Positions 1 to 11,962 of a DNA stretch of 64,000 bases are shown piece after piece. Made by a program: the position numbers and the translations under genes. Source of the DNA: Octopus vulgaris (lineage: Eukaryota); the NCBI GenBank assembly GCA_951406725.2, contig OX597833.1:38998001-39062000 (forward strand). Reading direction: 5' to 3'. The notes below the pieces were generated by a model that was not told where the DNA came from, made no database searches, and saw only the letters and a program-made list of their open reading frames with translations. The first letter of the stretch is position 1; the number at the start of each line of letters is the position of its first letter.

Positions 1-249
1 ATATTCTATTTATATGTTTAATATTAATTTACGGCACACTGACCACATACAACATGGGGAAAACTTTGATTCTAGAATATAACCGAAACTAAATTTAGAA
101 AATTCCCTGTGAGATAACTTTGTCGCCTCTCTCAACAATAACAGCAATAACAATGACAACAACCACAACAACGACAATAATAACAACAACATGCTCAATA
201 TCACACATGTATGTATGAAATACACATTGTCCATGTATCTACCTCAAAC

Positions 250-1165
250 ATCAATACAAGCAGAAACAAATGCATTCACACATAATATAGACACAAACAT
301 ACTCACATGCACACACAAACATACAAACACACACAAACACACACCACACAAATATATATATTATGAATACACACAGACACACCACTCACTTTAACACACA
401 AAAACACACCACTCACTTTAACACTCACAAACACACACACCATGCACTTAAACATGAACACACACAGACACACACACACAAAACACACTTAAACACAGAC
501 ACATAAACACACAAACACACATAGGCACACAAACATGCAGACATACATACATACATACATACATACATACATACATACACAAACACACAGACACATACAC
601 ACAAACATAGAAACATGTACACATGCATACACACACACAACACACTTAGGCAAACATACACTCACACCCATACACCCACACACCGCACACTTAAACACAC
701 ACACACAGAAGCACACAAACATGCAGACATACACATACACACACAAACACACAGACACATACAAACATAGAAACATGTACACATGCATACACACACACAC
801 TTAAACACACATACACTCACACCCACACACCGCACACTTAAACACACACACAGACACACATACACACAAACATAGAAACATGTACACATGCATACACACA
901 CACACCACACACTTAAACATATATAAACTCACACAAACATCCACACACTGCACATGTAAACACACACACACATAGGCACACAAACATGCAGACATACACA
1001 TACACACACAAACACACACACACACACACACAAACATACACACACACACCACACCACATTTAAACACGCATACACACCCGCACACACCACACACTTAAAC
1101 ACACACACACAAAAACACACACTGCACACCTAAACACACACACACACACACGCGCACTCACACAT
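250..1165. repeat. Complex CA-rich minisatellite/microsatellite
   Basis: Recurring block acaaacatagaaacatgtacacatgcatac (about 601, 761, 866) and cacttaaacac embedded in (CA)n/(CATA)n. Confidence 0.85.
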
Positions 1166-1554
1166 GTCCATTTTTATACAAATTATTTTTGGAAGCCGTT
1201 TGTGTAAGGAACTAGTCATTAATGGTGTCAGGTTTTGGTGCTAAGCTATTCCTGTCTTGTTTGTATGTTTGTTCTTTCAGTGATTACTTTTCCAATCTCA
1301 TTGGAAATTGATTGATCATTGTATATTGGGTAGGATCTACCCCACCTCTGCCATACACATTCAAGTTGAAATTATAACCCCCCTCTCTCTCTATCTCCCT
1401 TTATGTGTGTCTCTCTCTGTTTTTCTTTCTTTCTCCTTTTCTTCTTTGCTGTGTATTTTTATTCAGTAGAAAATTAAATGTTTTTAACGACATGAAAGAA
1501 ATTAACAGATGATTATAACAATGCATAACATGGGAATCCGAGCACCTTATTTTT

Positions 1555-1712
1555 TATTGCCCACAAAGGGCTAAACACAGAGGGGACAAACAAGGACAGA
1601 CAAACGGATTAAGTCGATTACATTGGCTCCTGTGCATAACTGGTACTTAATTTATCGACCCTGAAAGGATGAAAGGCAAAGTCGACCTCGGTGGAATTTG
1701 AACTCAGAGCAC
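1555..1712 (-). mobile_element. SINE fragment, family with Meta/Nin-like central domain
   Basis: Reverse complement of B-box gagttcaaattcc plus gtcgactttgcctttcatcctttc...gtcgataaattaagtacc, which recurs many times in the window. Confidence 0.8.
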
Positions 1713-2424
1713 CTTGCCAATCTACGGTGCTGCTGCTACTACTATAAATACTACCAACACCAACACTACCACTGCCGCCACCACCACCACAACAACCACC
1801 GCCACCACCACCACCACCGCCACCACCACCACCACCATCACTTTAGAAATGTATTAGTTTGAATCTTTTAAATACAATTTAGCTCTTTACTTTTCATAAT
1901 TTATTTCATATCTTAAGTATATATATTTAGGAAGTCTCCATAAAATGGCATAATTCAGAAACCTACCTGGTATACTTCTGAATCCAAGCTTGCCAGATAA
2001 TTGGTTTGGTACTCTATAACTATGTCCAGAGTGTAAAATGAAAAAGAAAAAGAAGAAAAAAAAAAAAGAAGCAAAAAAAAAAAAACAAAAAAAAAACTGG
2101 ATAGCCATATTTGGAATGTCTTTGATTTATAGATCTGCCCAGTCATAGATGACTTTGGTGCTAAACAAGTTTAGAAATGTCAAAGTCAATCTGGAAATTA
2201 TAATAATGAAGTCCTTAAGTTGTAGTTTTACTGAAGCTGCTTCAGGGTGGAGAATTGGTAGAACTGTTATAGTGTCATTATTTAGTTATGATCTTTTACT
2301 TTCCGAGTTCAAATCTTACCAAAGTCAGAAGTACATACATTTCATTCTTCTGGGATTGGTAGAATAACATAAGAGACAAGAGTTGGCATCAGTTTATACT
2401 GGTTCTCCATTGATTATGATGATG

Positions 2425-2722
2425 TGGGTTCCAGTTGATCTGATTAATGGAACAACCTACTTGTGAAATTAACATGCAAGTGGCTGAGTATTCCACAGAC
2501 ACATGTACCCTTAACATAGTTCTCAGGGAAATTCAGTGTGACTCAGAATGTGACAAGGGTGGTCCTTTAAATTACAGGTACAACTCATTTTTGCCAGCTG
2601 AGTGGACAGGAACAATGAGAAATAAAGTGCCTTGCCCAAGGACACAATGCATGACCAGGAATCAAACTCATGACCTTATGATTGTATGCCAAATACCCTA
2701 ACCACCTAGCCATGTGCCTTCA
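2425..2722 (-). mobile_element. tRNA-derived CORE-like SINE
   Basis: Reverse complement of the SINE at 59856-60176 (A/B-box head, gtgtccttgggcaaggcac core, shared tail). Confidence 0.8.
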
Positions 2723-3207
2723 CTGGCATCAATTCAATAATTCTTATGAAACATTCTAGAAATAATGGCATCATGAAAGAGGAAGAAAACTTGTAGTGTC
2801 TCCTTGGCAAGATTTGGACTTGGAATGAAAAGATAGGCACTTAATCATTTAAGTGTTGACTTTTTAATCCCACTTTTAACATTTTATGAATCCTTATTTT
2901 TTTTTTTTTAAAAATCAATTTTTGGATATTTTTATTTTGGATATAACAATTCAAAATCTGCAAACATAATTTAAAGATTTTTTTGTTTTTGTTTCTGAAC
3001 CCAGAACCATGTAGCTCTCAGACATTATATTACCCAAAACCTTAACATAAGAACTCTTCGCTAAATACTCATTTCTCTGTCCAGTCAGGTTAGGATATTT
3101 AACTCTTTACTCTTCGGCTTGTTGGATCCTGTCAAACCATCCAACTCATGCCAGTATGGAAAACAAATGTTAAACAATGATGATGATGATAATAATGATG
3201 ATGATAG

Positions 3208-3253
<46 letters not shown>

Positions 3254-3339
3254 GTAGTACAATACTAATACTTATTGAATGCACATTGTTGTGTCATCAA
3301 TTAGAGTAACCCTTTAGCATTCAGATTACTTCATCTCAT

Positions 3340-3390
<51 letters not shown>

Positions 3391-3750
3391 GGGGAGCATC
3401 ATAGCCATGTGTTGAGAGGGATACTTTGGGGTTTGAATGATTCACCTCTGGAAATATGGGTGTTTCGTTCAACATCCTTAAACAACCCTTAATCAGGGAC
3501 CTTTTGAGTGGGATGGGTTACCCAACCAGAAGAAAGTTCTAACTGGGCCCCACTCGCAAGGTCATGCGCTGTTTATCTTGTTATGAGATCACCATGTCGC
3601 GCACATATGGTTGTGATGCATGTGCCTGGTGTACCCTTATCAGACGGGTAGTCATGATGGGTATACTGGGCTTTGTATATTTGTACCCCAGTGTCACTTT
3701 GATGGCATGCACTGCTCTCTCACTCAATAATAATAATAATAATAATAATA
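3391..3750 (+). mobile_element. Unclassified non-coding retroposon with (AAT)n tail, 5'-truncated copy
   Basis: Colinear with about 37088-37410; flanked on both sides by (AAT)n. Confidence 0.7.
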
Positions 3751-3752
3751 AT

Positions 3753-4072
3753 GAAATTAGTGTATACAGTGCTCAGGTGCACCACAACTTGTCAAGAGTG
3801 TGTATAAAGCATATGCAGTAATATACAAATGTCTGAAAAGTGATCAGTGTATGAGTCAGATACATGCTTGTGTGTGCATGGAGAGGAGAAAATCAGGTGT
3901 TGTGTTGGCGAATCTCAGGAAGCATGGAAGTTTTGAAGGATGCAGTGCTCCGACAACTAACAACTGATGCTGGCAGTTTGTTCCATACTTCAGCAACTCT
4001 TAGCGGGAAAAAATGTTTCCGAAAGTCATGGGAGCTGTGCTGTTTTCTGACGTTGTAAACATGTCCACGGGT
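3753..4072 (-). mobile_element. CR1-type LINE 3' end
   Basis: Minus strand translates to TRGHVYNVRKQHSSHDFRKHFFPLRVAEVWNKLPASVV...FK, matching the CR1 ORF2 C-terminal TRGH...FF..RV...WN.LP motif. Confidence 0.8.
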
Positions 4073-4792
4073 GTAATGCTTATTCGTTTTTAATTAATCA
4101 TGAATTATCTTGTAACTTTAAGATTTCAATGATGTGATTGTTTATTTTTAGAATGACGTTGCATGGTAGGTGTTAGAAGCCTGATCTGGTCAGTTTGAAC
4201 ACAAAACATAGAACATTTGAGATGAATGCTAAGGGATTAAAGCTGTTTTCTATCATTATTTTTGATATGTGCATGTTTACAGTTATAAATATATTTTGTT
4301 TGTATTTGAAGTGTATAAATGTATCTTATTTCATCCTTAAGAATTCAAAACAATATCATTTAAAATTTTCAGAATGTGTTTGCTTGTTCCTCTATCATAC
4401 TTTTAGCCTCTCAACAACTGGCATAAAGCTCTTACTTTGGTGATCTCACAAGTGCCAATAGCATAAAAAAGAGGAAAAGAGACAATAAAAGCCCCCAAGA
4501 ACACATTGTAAAGTATTTAGCATGAAGGGCATCCACCCACAGAAAACATGTCTAAATTGACACTGGAGCTTGACACAGCCCTTCGGCTTGTTGGATCCCG
4601 TCAAACCATCCAACTCATGCCAGTATGGAAAACAAATTTTGTTGATGTTGATGATGATGATGATGATGATGATAATAGTAATGATGATGATAGTGATGAT
4701 GATGATGATGATGATTATGATGATGATGATGATTATGATGATGATGATGATAGTGATAATGATGATGATGATGATAGTGATGATGATGATAG

Positions 4793-4826
<34 letters not shown>

Positions 4827-5242
4827 GTTGCACAATGCTAATACTTATTGAATGCACAATGTTGTGTCATCAATTAGAGTAAATTATTATCAAATAGACG
4901 GTTTTTATTATCCTGGACAAGAGGCTTTGTTCAGGTCTATTAATGTAATCCCACAGCAGAATGTTTATCAAAATAAAACAGAAGTCACACATAGTCCCTT
5001 ATTTCTGCTAGCCTTGAGCCACTGAATAACTGAGTAAACTGCAGATGCACACAAGACTTATCATAAAGAGAGACATTTCTTGATGCAGAAAGAGTAACCA
5101 TGATAAAATGTCATCATGTGACCATCAGGTTGTGTCACATGATATTCTCATGTTAAACACTTGCAATAATAAAGCAATTATACTACACATGTATTTTCAG
5201 GAGAGACATTTAATAATTTCAAAGAAGTACAAAATCCTAATA

Positions 5243-5780
5243 TCATTCAAAGTACGATCCTCTGACATCAATGTATTTGTAGCACTCAATCTACTTCCTG
5301 AAGGCTCCATGGAAAGTGTTGAGGACCCTTGTCACAAACTCTTTCATCTCCTTCAGCTTGGGAAACAACAAAGTCACTAGGAGCAAGGTCTTGACTGTAG
5401 GGAGGGTGAGGGACAATTTTCATGCCCGTCTCTCTCAAGTAGTTGGTAACCAGAATGGAAGATTGGACTTGAGCATTGTCCTTTTGCAATGAAATCTCCT
5501 TGATTTCCTTCAAAACCTCCACACAGTACTCTTTGTTGGCTGTCTGGCCAGAAGAAACCCAGTAGATGTAGATGATGCTCTTACTGTTAAGAAAGGGAAC
5601 AATCATAAGCTTTCTGGTAAACTTGCTTTGCCTGGTCTCTTGTGTCAGCCAAATACAGATGCTAGGTTTATACAAGTTAATCTATAAGCAGTCTGAAGCA
5701 TTTCTTACGTTTCTGTAGCATTGTTTCCCAGCTTAACACAAAAATTTATTGCATAGTGAGCTTTCAAATTGTCTTTACAT
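5243..5780 (-). mobile_element. Mariner (Tc1/mariner) transposase remnant, internally deleted
   Basis: Motifs YAINFCVKLGNNATET (N-terminal), GQTANKEYCVEVL, HPPYSQDLAPSDF and C-terminal IDVRGSYFE*; frameshifted. Confidence 0.9.
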
Positions 5781-6074
5781 CCTAACAGCATTCTGTAAAC
5801 TAGTCAGCTGTGAAAAGCAGTGTTTAGTAGGGTGTGTTCAAAGCATTTTTACAGCTGTCTCCTTTAATCTGCAATAACAAAATTTAGCAGGTATGCTTAT
5901 TAGATGTATAGTAATAATATACTAAAATTACAATAACGTAGGACAGTTATAACTGCTGCTCCTAAAAACAGTCTCAAAACTTCTGGAATGCACCTCATAC
6001 TTTTCAATTGTTTAAAAACCAGTACAGTTACTATAAAATATCCATGTTCTTTACCCATGAAATTAAAAAATAAA

Positions 6075-6215
6075 TTCTGTTGTGTCTGGGGAGAGTCATT
6101 TTCTTTTTGTGCCTTATAATGTAACACACTCACCGGTAAAATTTTCACTTATTTCTTATTTTTATTTTCCTAAAATTTTCGTTGCATCTTGCAACCTTTT
6201 TCAATAGTCTTGACT
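6075..6215 (+). mobile_element. Interspersed repeat arm (same family as 31915-32070 and inverted 32538-32610)
   Basis: ttctgttgtgtctggggagagtcattttctttttgtgccttataatgtaacacactcaccggtaaaatttt occurs three times in the window. Confidence 0.75.
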
Positions 6216-6546
6216 CTGTCCATTATTTACACTGCATTCCTTTTTGTTTGTTTGTGTGCATGTGTGTGAATCAGTGTGTGTGTGTGCCTATGCATGCATG
6301 TACGTATGTATGTGTGTATGTATGTATGCATGTGTATGTATGTATATATGTGTGTGTATGCATATGTATATATGTATGTATGTGTGCATCCAAAAACGAA
6401 ATTTAATAAATAAATGCATTTATAAAGTATTAGATAGTAATATCTTATTTCTATATTGTTGTAAATCAGTGGGGTTACACTTCCACTAAAACATGCATTA
6501 ATCACAGTTCATGTTTCATTTTGTTTTATTATCAATAAACTAATTA

Positions 6547-6690
6547 GGCATGGCTGTGTGATTAAGAAGTTTACTTTGAAACTATATAGATTTGGGTTCA
6601 GTCTCACTGTATGCCACCTTGGGCAAGTGTCTTTAACTATAACCTTAGCTGACCAATACCTTGGTAGATGGAAACTGTCTAAAAGCCTGG
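6547..6690 (+). mobile_element. 5' part of a CORE-like SINE, cut off by the hammerhead element
   Basis: ggcatggctgtgtgattaagaag...gggttcagtc...caccttgggcaagtgtctt...ttggtagatggaaactg. Confidence 0.8.
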
Positions 6691-6868
6691 TATGACATCA
6701 GTTTCAGCAATTTCCATTGTCTCATCAGTTAAGCCTGTTTGATTCTTCAGTTTTTTCTGGACTTGCTTCTCTATTAGTATATATGTTTTTGCCATCTAAA
6801 CTAATGGATGATTTAGTGATTCACTAATGTGTATACATAAATTTAATATAAACAGCAGGTTGCAATGT
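6691..6868 (-). mobile_element. Inverted partial copy of the hammerhead element
   Basis: Reverse complement aligns to about 6907-7085, including ggcttaaCTGATGAgacaatggaaattgctGAAActgatgtca. Confidence 0.9.
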
Positions 6869-7289
6869 CACATGTAGTGACAATTATAATTCTCCTTTTT
6901 GGTGAAACACTGCAACCTGCTGTTTATATCAATTTTATATATATACACATTAGCGAAATACTAAATCATCCATTAATCTGGCTGACAAAAGCATATATAC
7001 TAATAGAGAAGCAGCTCCAGAAAAAGCTGAAGAATCAAGTGGGCTTAACTGATGAGGCAATGGAAATTGCTGAAACTGATGTTAGTATTAAGAATTCTCA
7101 ATCTGCATTTTTCAGATAATTCAAGTCTCTGTTAGTGTATATGTATACATTTATGTGTATTGACTACAGCATTAGAGCATTTTAGCTCTTATTTCTAGCA
7201 ATGTAGGTGTTTCTTAAAACCCTAGTTACATTTAGAGACAATTACAATTTTCCTTTTTGGTGAAACATTGCAACCTGCTGTTTATACTA

Positions 7290-7293
<4 letters not shown>
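6867..7293 (+). mobile_element. Retrozyme-like / PLE pseudo-LTR element, 358-bp unit plus about 68-bp terminal direct repeat
   Basis: 6867-6935 is repeated at 7225-7293; central hammerhead; followed by (TA)n; homologous to 46951-47355. Confidence 0.8.
7027..7115 (+). ncRNA. Type I hammerhead ribozyme
   Basis: Stem I CUUAA(7044-48)/UUAAG(7088-92); CUGAUGA 7049-55; stem II GGCAAU-ggaa-AUUGCU; GAAA 7072-75; stem III ACUG-augu-UAGU; GUA cleavage triplet 7085-87; distal helix 7027-35/7107-15. Confidence 0.85.
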
Positions 7294-7330
<37 letters not shown>

Positions 7331-7849
7331 TTATAATTATATATATAGTTTGCTTGAAATATATATATATTACATGCTGAAGCAACCTGGTACCATCTCT
7401 GGCAGATGAGGTGTCCGGTACTGAGGAATGGCAGAAATAGCCTGAAACCAGTTTCCTTCTCATTCTCTCTTTCTCCCTCTCGCTCTCATTCTCTCGTTCT
7501 CTCATTTTCTCACTCTCTCATTCTCTCTCTCCCATTCTTACCTTCTCTCTCATTCTTTCTCTCCCTCTCCCCCTCTCTCTCTCCGTTCCTCCCTTCACAC
7601 TTACCCTTTCTGACCATTTCTTTATTCCTGTGATGTTTTCATCTTCTCTCCTTTGCACTTCACTTCACACCCCTCTGTCTGTCTATCTGCCTGTCTGTCT
7701 GTCTGTCTTTTTTTTCATTCTCTCTCGTTTTTCCTCTCACATTCTAATTTTTCTTTCTTTCCTGTAAAAAACAAAAAACTTGTGCAAACATACACTTGTA
7801 GAAGTCTATATGTATACTATGTATGTATATTTACTTACATACAAGTATG

Positions 7850-7955
7850 TACATGCATATGTGTGTGTGTGTGCATGCATGTGTATATGTAGGTATGGTT
7901 ATGCATATATATATGTGTGTGTGAGTCTATGTGTTGTATTCATGTATGTGTATGC

Positions 7956-7996
<41 letters not shown>

Positions 7997-8264
7997 TGAT
8001 ATACATATATATATATATGTATATAGGTACAAATGTGGATATTTTTATCCAGAGACACATATTTACGCACACACGTGCGAGAGAGAGAGAGAGAGGGGGG
8101 AGGGAGAAAGAGAGAGAGAGAGAAAATCAGACAGAAGCTTACGTACATCAATATACTCACAGGCATGCACATCAAACAGGTACATAGACACATAATAATA
8201 ATAATAGATACAAGTACACACACAGATCCACAGCCATTTACACTTGCATGTGTATATGCGTGCA

Positions 8265-8313
<49 letters not shown>

Positions 8314-8330
8314 GTATGTATATATATATG

Positions 8331-8395
<65 letters not shown>

Positions 8396-8517
8396 TATGT
8401 ATGTATATATATATGTATGTATATATATATGTATATATACATATATATATACATATACATATATATACATATATATATATATGTATGTATGTATGCATGT
8501 ATTTATATATATGTATG

Positions 8518-8559
<42 letters not shown>

Positions 8560-8696
8560 CATACATTCATACATGCATTCACACACATATATGTATACAC
8601 ACACATATATACACACATACATATATATATATGTGTATACACACACACACATATATATACATACATACATACATACACACACACATATATATATAT

Positions 8697-8737
<41 letters not shown>

Positions 8738-8826
8738 TACATACACACACACACGCACACATATACATACATGAGTGTGTGTGTGTGTGTATACATATAA
8801 ATATATACATATACATATATACACAT
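7850..8826. repeat. Compound (TA)n/(TATG)n/(CA)n/(GA)n microsatellite field
   Basis: Direct inspection; explains the YI/HT/VC-rich ORFs. Confidence 0.95.
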
Positions 8827-9980
8827 ATTCCAGTGCTGCTGAACTAGGTTATTTGAAGTTGTCAGCAGTGAAGGTGAGTGTTTGAAAATCATTATTTGAG
8901 ATTGCAAACTCTTTGAAGATCAGAATCAAATTCCACAGTTTATTGTGTGGAATCTAAGCTTTGGAGATATTTCTCATAGATTACAAAGAATTTATTCTGT
9001 TTCAATGCTACTTTTATTTGATATTTCACTGATGATAAAAATACCCACTGAATTCATAGATAGACGGACATATTGGATTATTATTTAAAGGGACTAAGAG
9101 GTATTTGGTGTGTAGGGTTATTTTTTTGAAAAAAAAAATCTATTTCTTTTTCTGTTTATGGGGCATAAAGGTAAATATGTGTGTGTGTGTATGTGCATGT
9201 GTGTGTACACAGATTCAGTATGTGTGTATGTTTGGTAATTCTGCCTATTTTGTGCTCTATAGATTTGGAGGAAGTGTTTATTTGGGTGTGTGCTTAGTTA
9301 TTCTTGTGTATATATGCATTTGGTTCCTCCTCCTCCTCCTCCTCCTCCTCCCCTCCTCCCCTCCTCCCCTCTCCCCCTCCCCCTCCTCTCCTCCCCTCCC
9401 CTCCCCCTCCCCCTCTTCCCCCTCTTCTTCTCCCCCCCTCTCGGTATGTGTGTGCGCACATATGTGCACATGTGCATGTGCATATGTGAATTTGTGTGTG
9501 CTCATGAGTGTGTATGTGTGTACCTGCATGCACACGTGTATGTTTGTGTGTGTGCATGTATGTGTTCATGCATGTGCATGTGTGTGTGTGCATGTGTGTG
9601 TGTGCATGCATGAGTGTTGTATAACTCTGTCAGCCATCATCCAACCCTCATCCAGTAGAGTCTTGACATGTATGTGTAACTATTGTTGTTGTATAACCCA
9701 TGTCATCACTAAACCTGCAGAGCCATGACACATCAGCTGTTGTTGTCGTCACGTGTCAAATGCGACCCCATAGAGCTGTGTGACATGTCAGCTATTGTTG
9801 TTGTATAGCCACATGTTAACCTTGATCCTACGTGTATATGATTTATCCATTGCTATTGTTTTTATCTTCATCTTGCAGATCTGTGATACATCAGAACCAT
9901 GCAATTGGAAAGCAAACTTCTTACCACACAGCCATGCCTGCATCTATATCATCTTAATTATTTCTGTAAGTATGGCAGTG

Positions 9981-10315
9981 AAGGCGCATGGCTCAGTGGT
10001 TAGAGCGTCGAGCTTACGATCGTGAGGTTGTGAGCTCGAATCCCGGACCGGGCTGGGTGTTGTGTTCTTGAGCAAGGCACTTTATTTCACGTTGCTCCAG
10101 TTCACTCAGCTGTAGAAATGAGTTGCGACGTCACTGGTGTCAAGCTGTATCGACCTTTGTCTTTCCCTTGGATAACACTGGTGGCGTGGAGAGTGGAGGC
10201 TGGTATGCATGGGCGACTGCTGGTCTTCCATAAACAACCGTGCCCGGACTTGTGTCTAGGGGGGTAACTTTCTAGGTGCAATCCCATGGTCATTCATGAC
10301 CGAAGGGGGTCTTTA
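9981..10315 (+). mobile_element. Full-length tRNA-derived CORE-like SINE
   Basis: A box tggctcagtgg, B box gagctcgaatccc, core gtgttcttgagcaaggcac; the sequence taagtatggcagt flanks both sides as a target-site duplication; inverse copy at 30812-31143. Confidence 0.9.
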
Positions 10316-10454
10316 AGTATGGCAGTTAATATCACGCATGTTTCAGTCAATAATGAACTCATCAGAAAAGCAATACTTCACCAAGTACAGCGAAGTCTAT
10401 ACTTCACTTGATGAAGTGATCATGAAACAAACTGACAAATCTCTGGAGTTGTCT

Positions 10455-10848
10455 TTACTTGTTTCAGTCATTTGACTGCGGCCATGCTGGAGCACCGCCT
10501 TTAGTCGAGCAAATCGCCCCCAAGACTTATTCTTATAAGCCTAGTACTTATTCTATTGGTCTCTTTTGCCAAACCGTTAAGTTGCGGGGATGTAAGCACA
10601 TCAGCATTGGTTGTCAAGCAATGTTAGGGGCACAAACACAGACACACAAACACACACAAGTATATGTACATATACATATATATACGACGGGCTTCTTTCA
10701 GTTTCTGTCTACCAAATCCACTCACAAAGCTTTGGTCAGCCCGATGCTATAGTAGAAGACACTTGCCCAAGGTGCCACGCAGTGGGACTGAACCCGGAAC
10801 TATGTGGTTGGTAAGCAAGCTACTTACAACACAGCCACTCATGCGCCT
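10455..10848 (-). mobile_element. tRNA-derived CORE-like SINE with central microsatellite (most abundant family, OR2-like)
   Basis: Reverse complement of 32102-32516. Confidence 0.9.
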
Positions 10849-11637
10849 AAAATAATTGCTTTGCTCATTAACTAATATTCTTATTTTCCTCACCGCATGC
10901 TTATTTCTAGTTACTGTATTTAATGTTTCCTGAATTAAATATGTTAACTCTAACATGTGGATGACTGGGTAGATTCCGTCTATGAATTAAGGATAATATA
11001 TAGGCTTAGAGTTTTTTTAAGAGGGAGACCAAGATCATAATTCTTCTCACCTCCACTTCACCTTACTCTCCTTACACGCCTTCCTCTCCTTTTTGTTTAT
11101 TTTATACATCCTCCTCTACTTAAGAGCAACTTCTCATTGTTGACTCTCTTTTTACTTTTTTTAATTGATTTATGGTAAATTTTATAGCCAACTATCTCAT
11201 ACAAATCACTCGCACCCATTTTTTTTGTCTGTCTGCTTGTCTTCATTGGCAATTATTTTTTATTTTTTCCTTTTGCAGTTTCTTCCAATGGCTTCCTTCT
11301 CCCCCTCTTCTTGCTCACCACCACCACCAGCAGCGGTCATCCTCCTCCTCTTCATTATTATTATTGTTATTCAGCCTTATTTCTTCCCTTTCCTTTTCTT
11401 GTTCAAAGCCTAAAGGGATATTATTTTTACTCCCCACCACCCCTATCCATTCTGCACATGGTCATAGCCAAACACTGGAGTTCTTTCACACATCTTATTC
11501 CTTTTTTTTTTCATACAGGACAAACCTCTGCACCTGACACTTCACCAAAATCTTCCTCTCCTATCCTTTCACTAAAAGAGAAAAAAAAACAAAAAAAAAA
11601 CAAAACAAGACAAAATTGATCAAACAGTCGAAAGTAA

Positions 11638-11726
<89 letters not shown>

Positions 11727-11731
11727 TGATA

Positions 11732-11925
11732 ATCCTTTCTACTAAAGGCACAGGCCAGATATTTTGGGGGGAAGTAACCAGTCGACTATGTAGACCCCAG
11801 TGTTTCACTGGTACTTGATTTATCGACCCCAAAAGGCTGAAAGGCAAAGTTGACCTCAGCAGAATTTGAATTCAGAATGTAGCGACGGGCAAAATACCAA
11901 ACGATTCTGCCATCTCATCACCGTA

Positions 11926-11962
<37 letters not shown>

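Larger units (their letters stand above)
3308..4239. mobile_element. piggyBac-type MITE split by a roughly 730-bp nested insertion
   Basis: Left end taaccctttagcattcagattac; body resumes at about 4073; right end gaatgctaagggattaa; related copies near 16509, 27398-27613 and 28220-28390. Confidence 0.7.

Noticed and set aside
1960-2030. Possible small minus-strand exon (pyrimidine tract ... CAG|gtaggt)
   Set aside because: Too short to identify; could equally be a decayed retroelement fragment
7780-8907. Long ORFs (up to 255 aa) rich in YI/HT/VC
   Set aside because: Translations of dinucleotide microsatellites, open in several frames on both strands; the same applies at 17.5, 24.5, 40.3 and 43.5 kb
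8840-9070. Possible degraded Helitron coding fragment
   Set aside because: Similarity too faint to support by eye
9981-10052. tRNA-like sequence
   Set aside because: Head of a SINE: continues into core and tail, has a target-site duplication, and has no proper acceptor stem
11490-11636. Strong-looking splice acceptor (tttttttttcatacag) followed by a short open frame
   Set aside because: No recognisable protein, runs into A-rich low complexity, no convincing donor; needs RNA-seq
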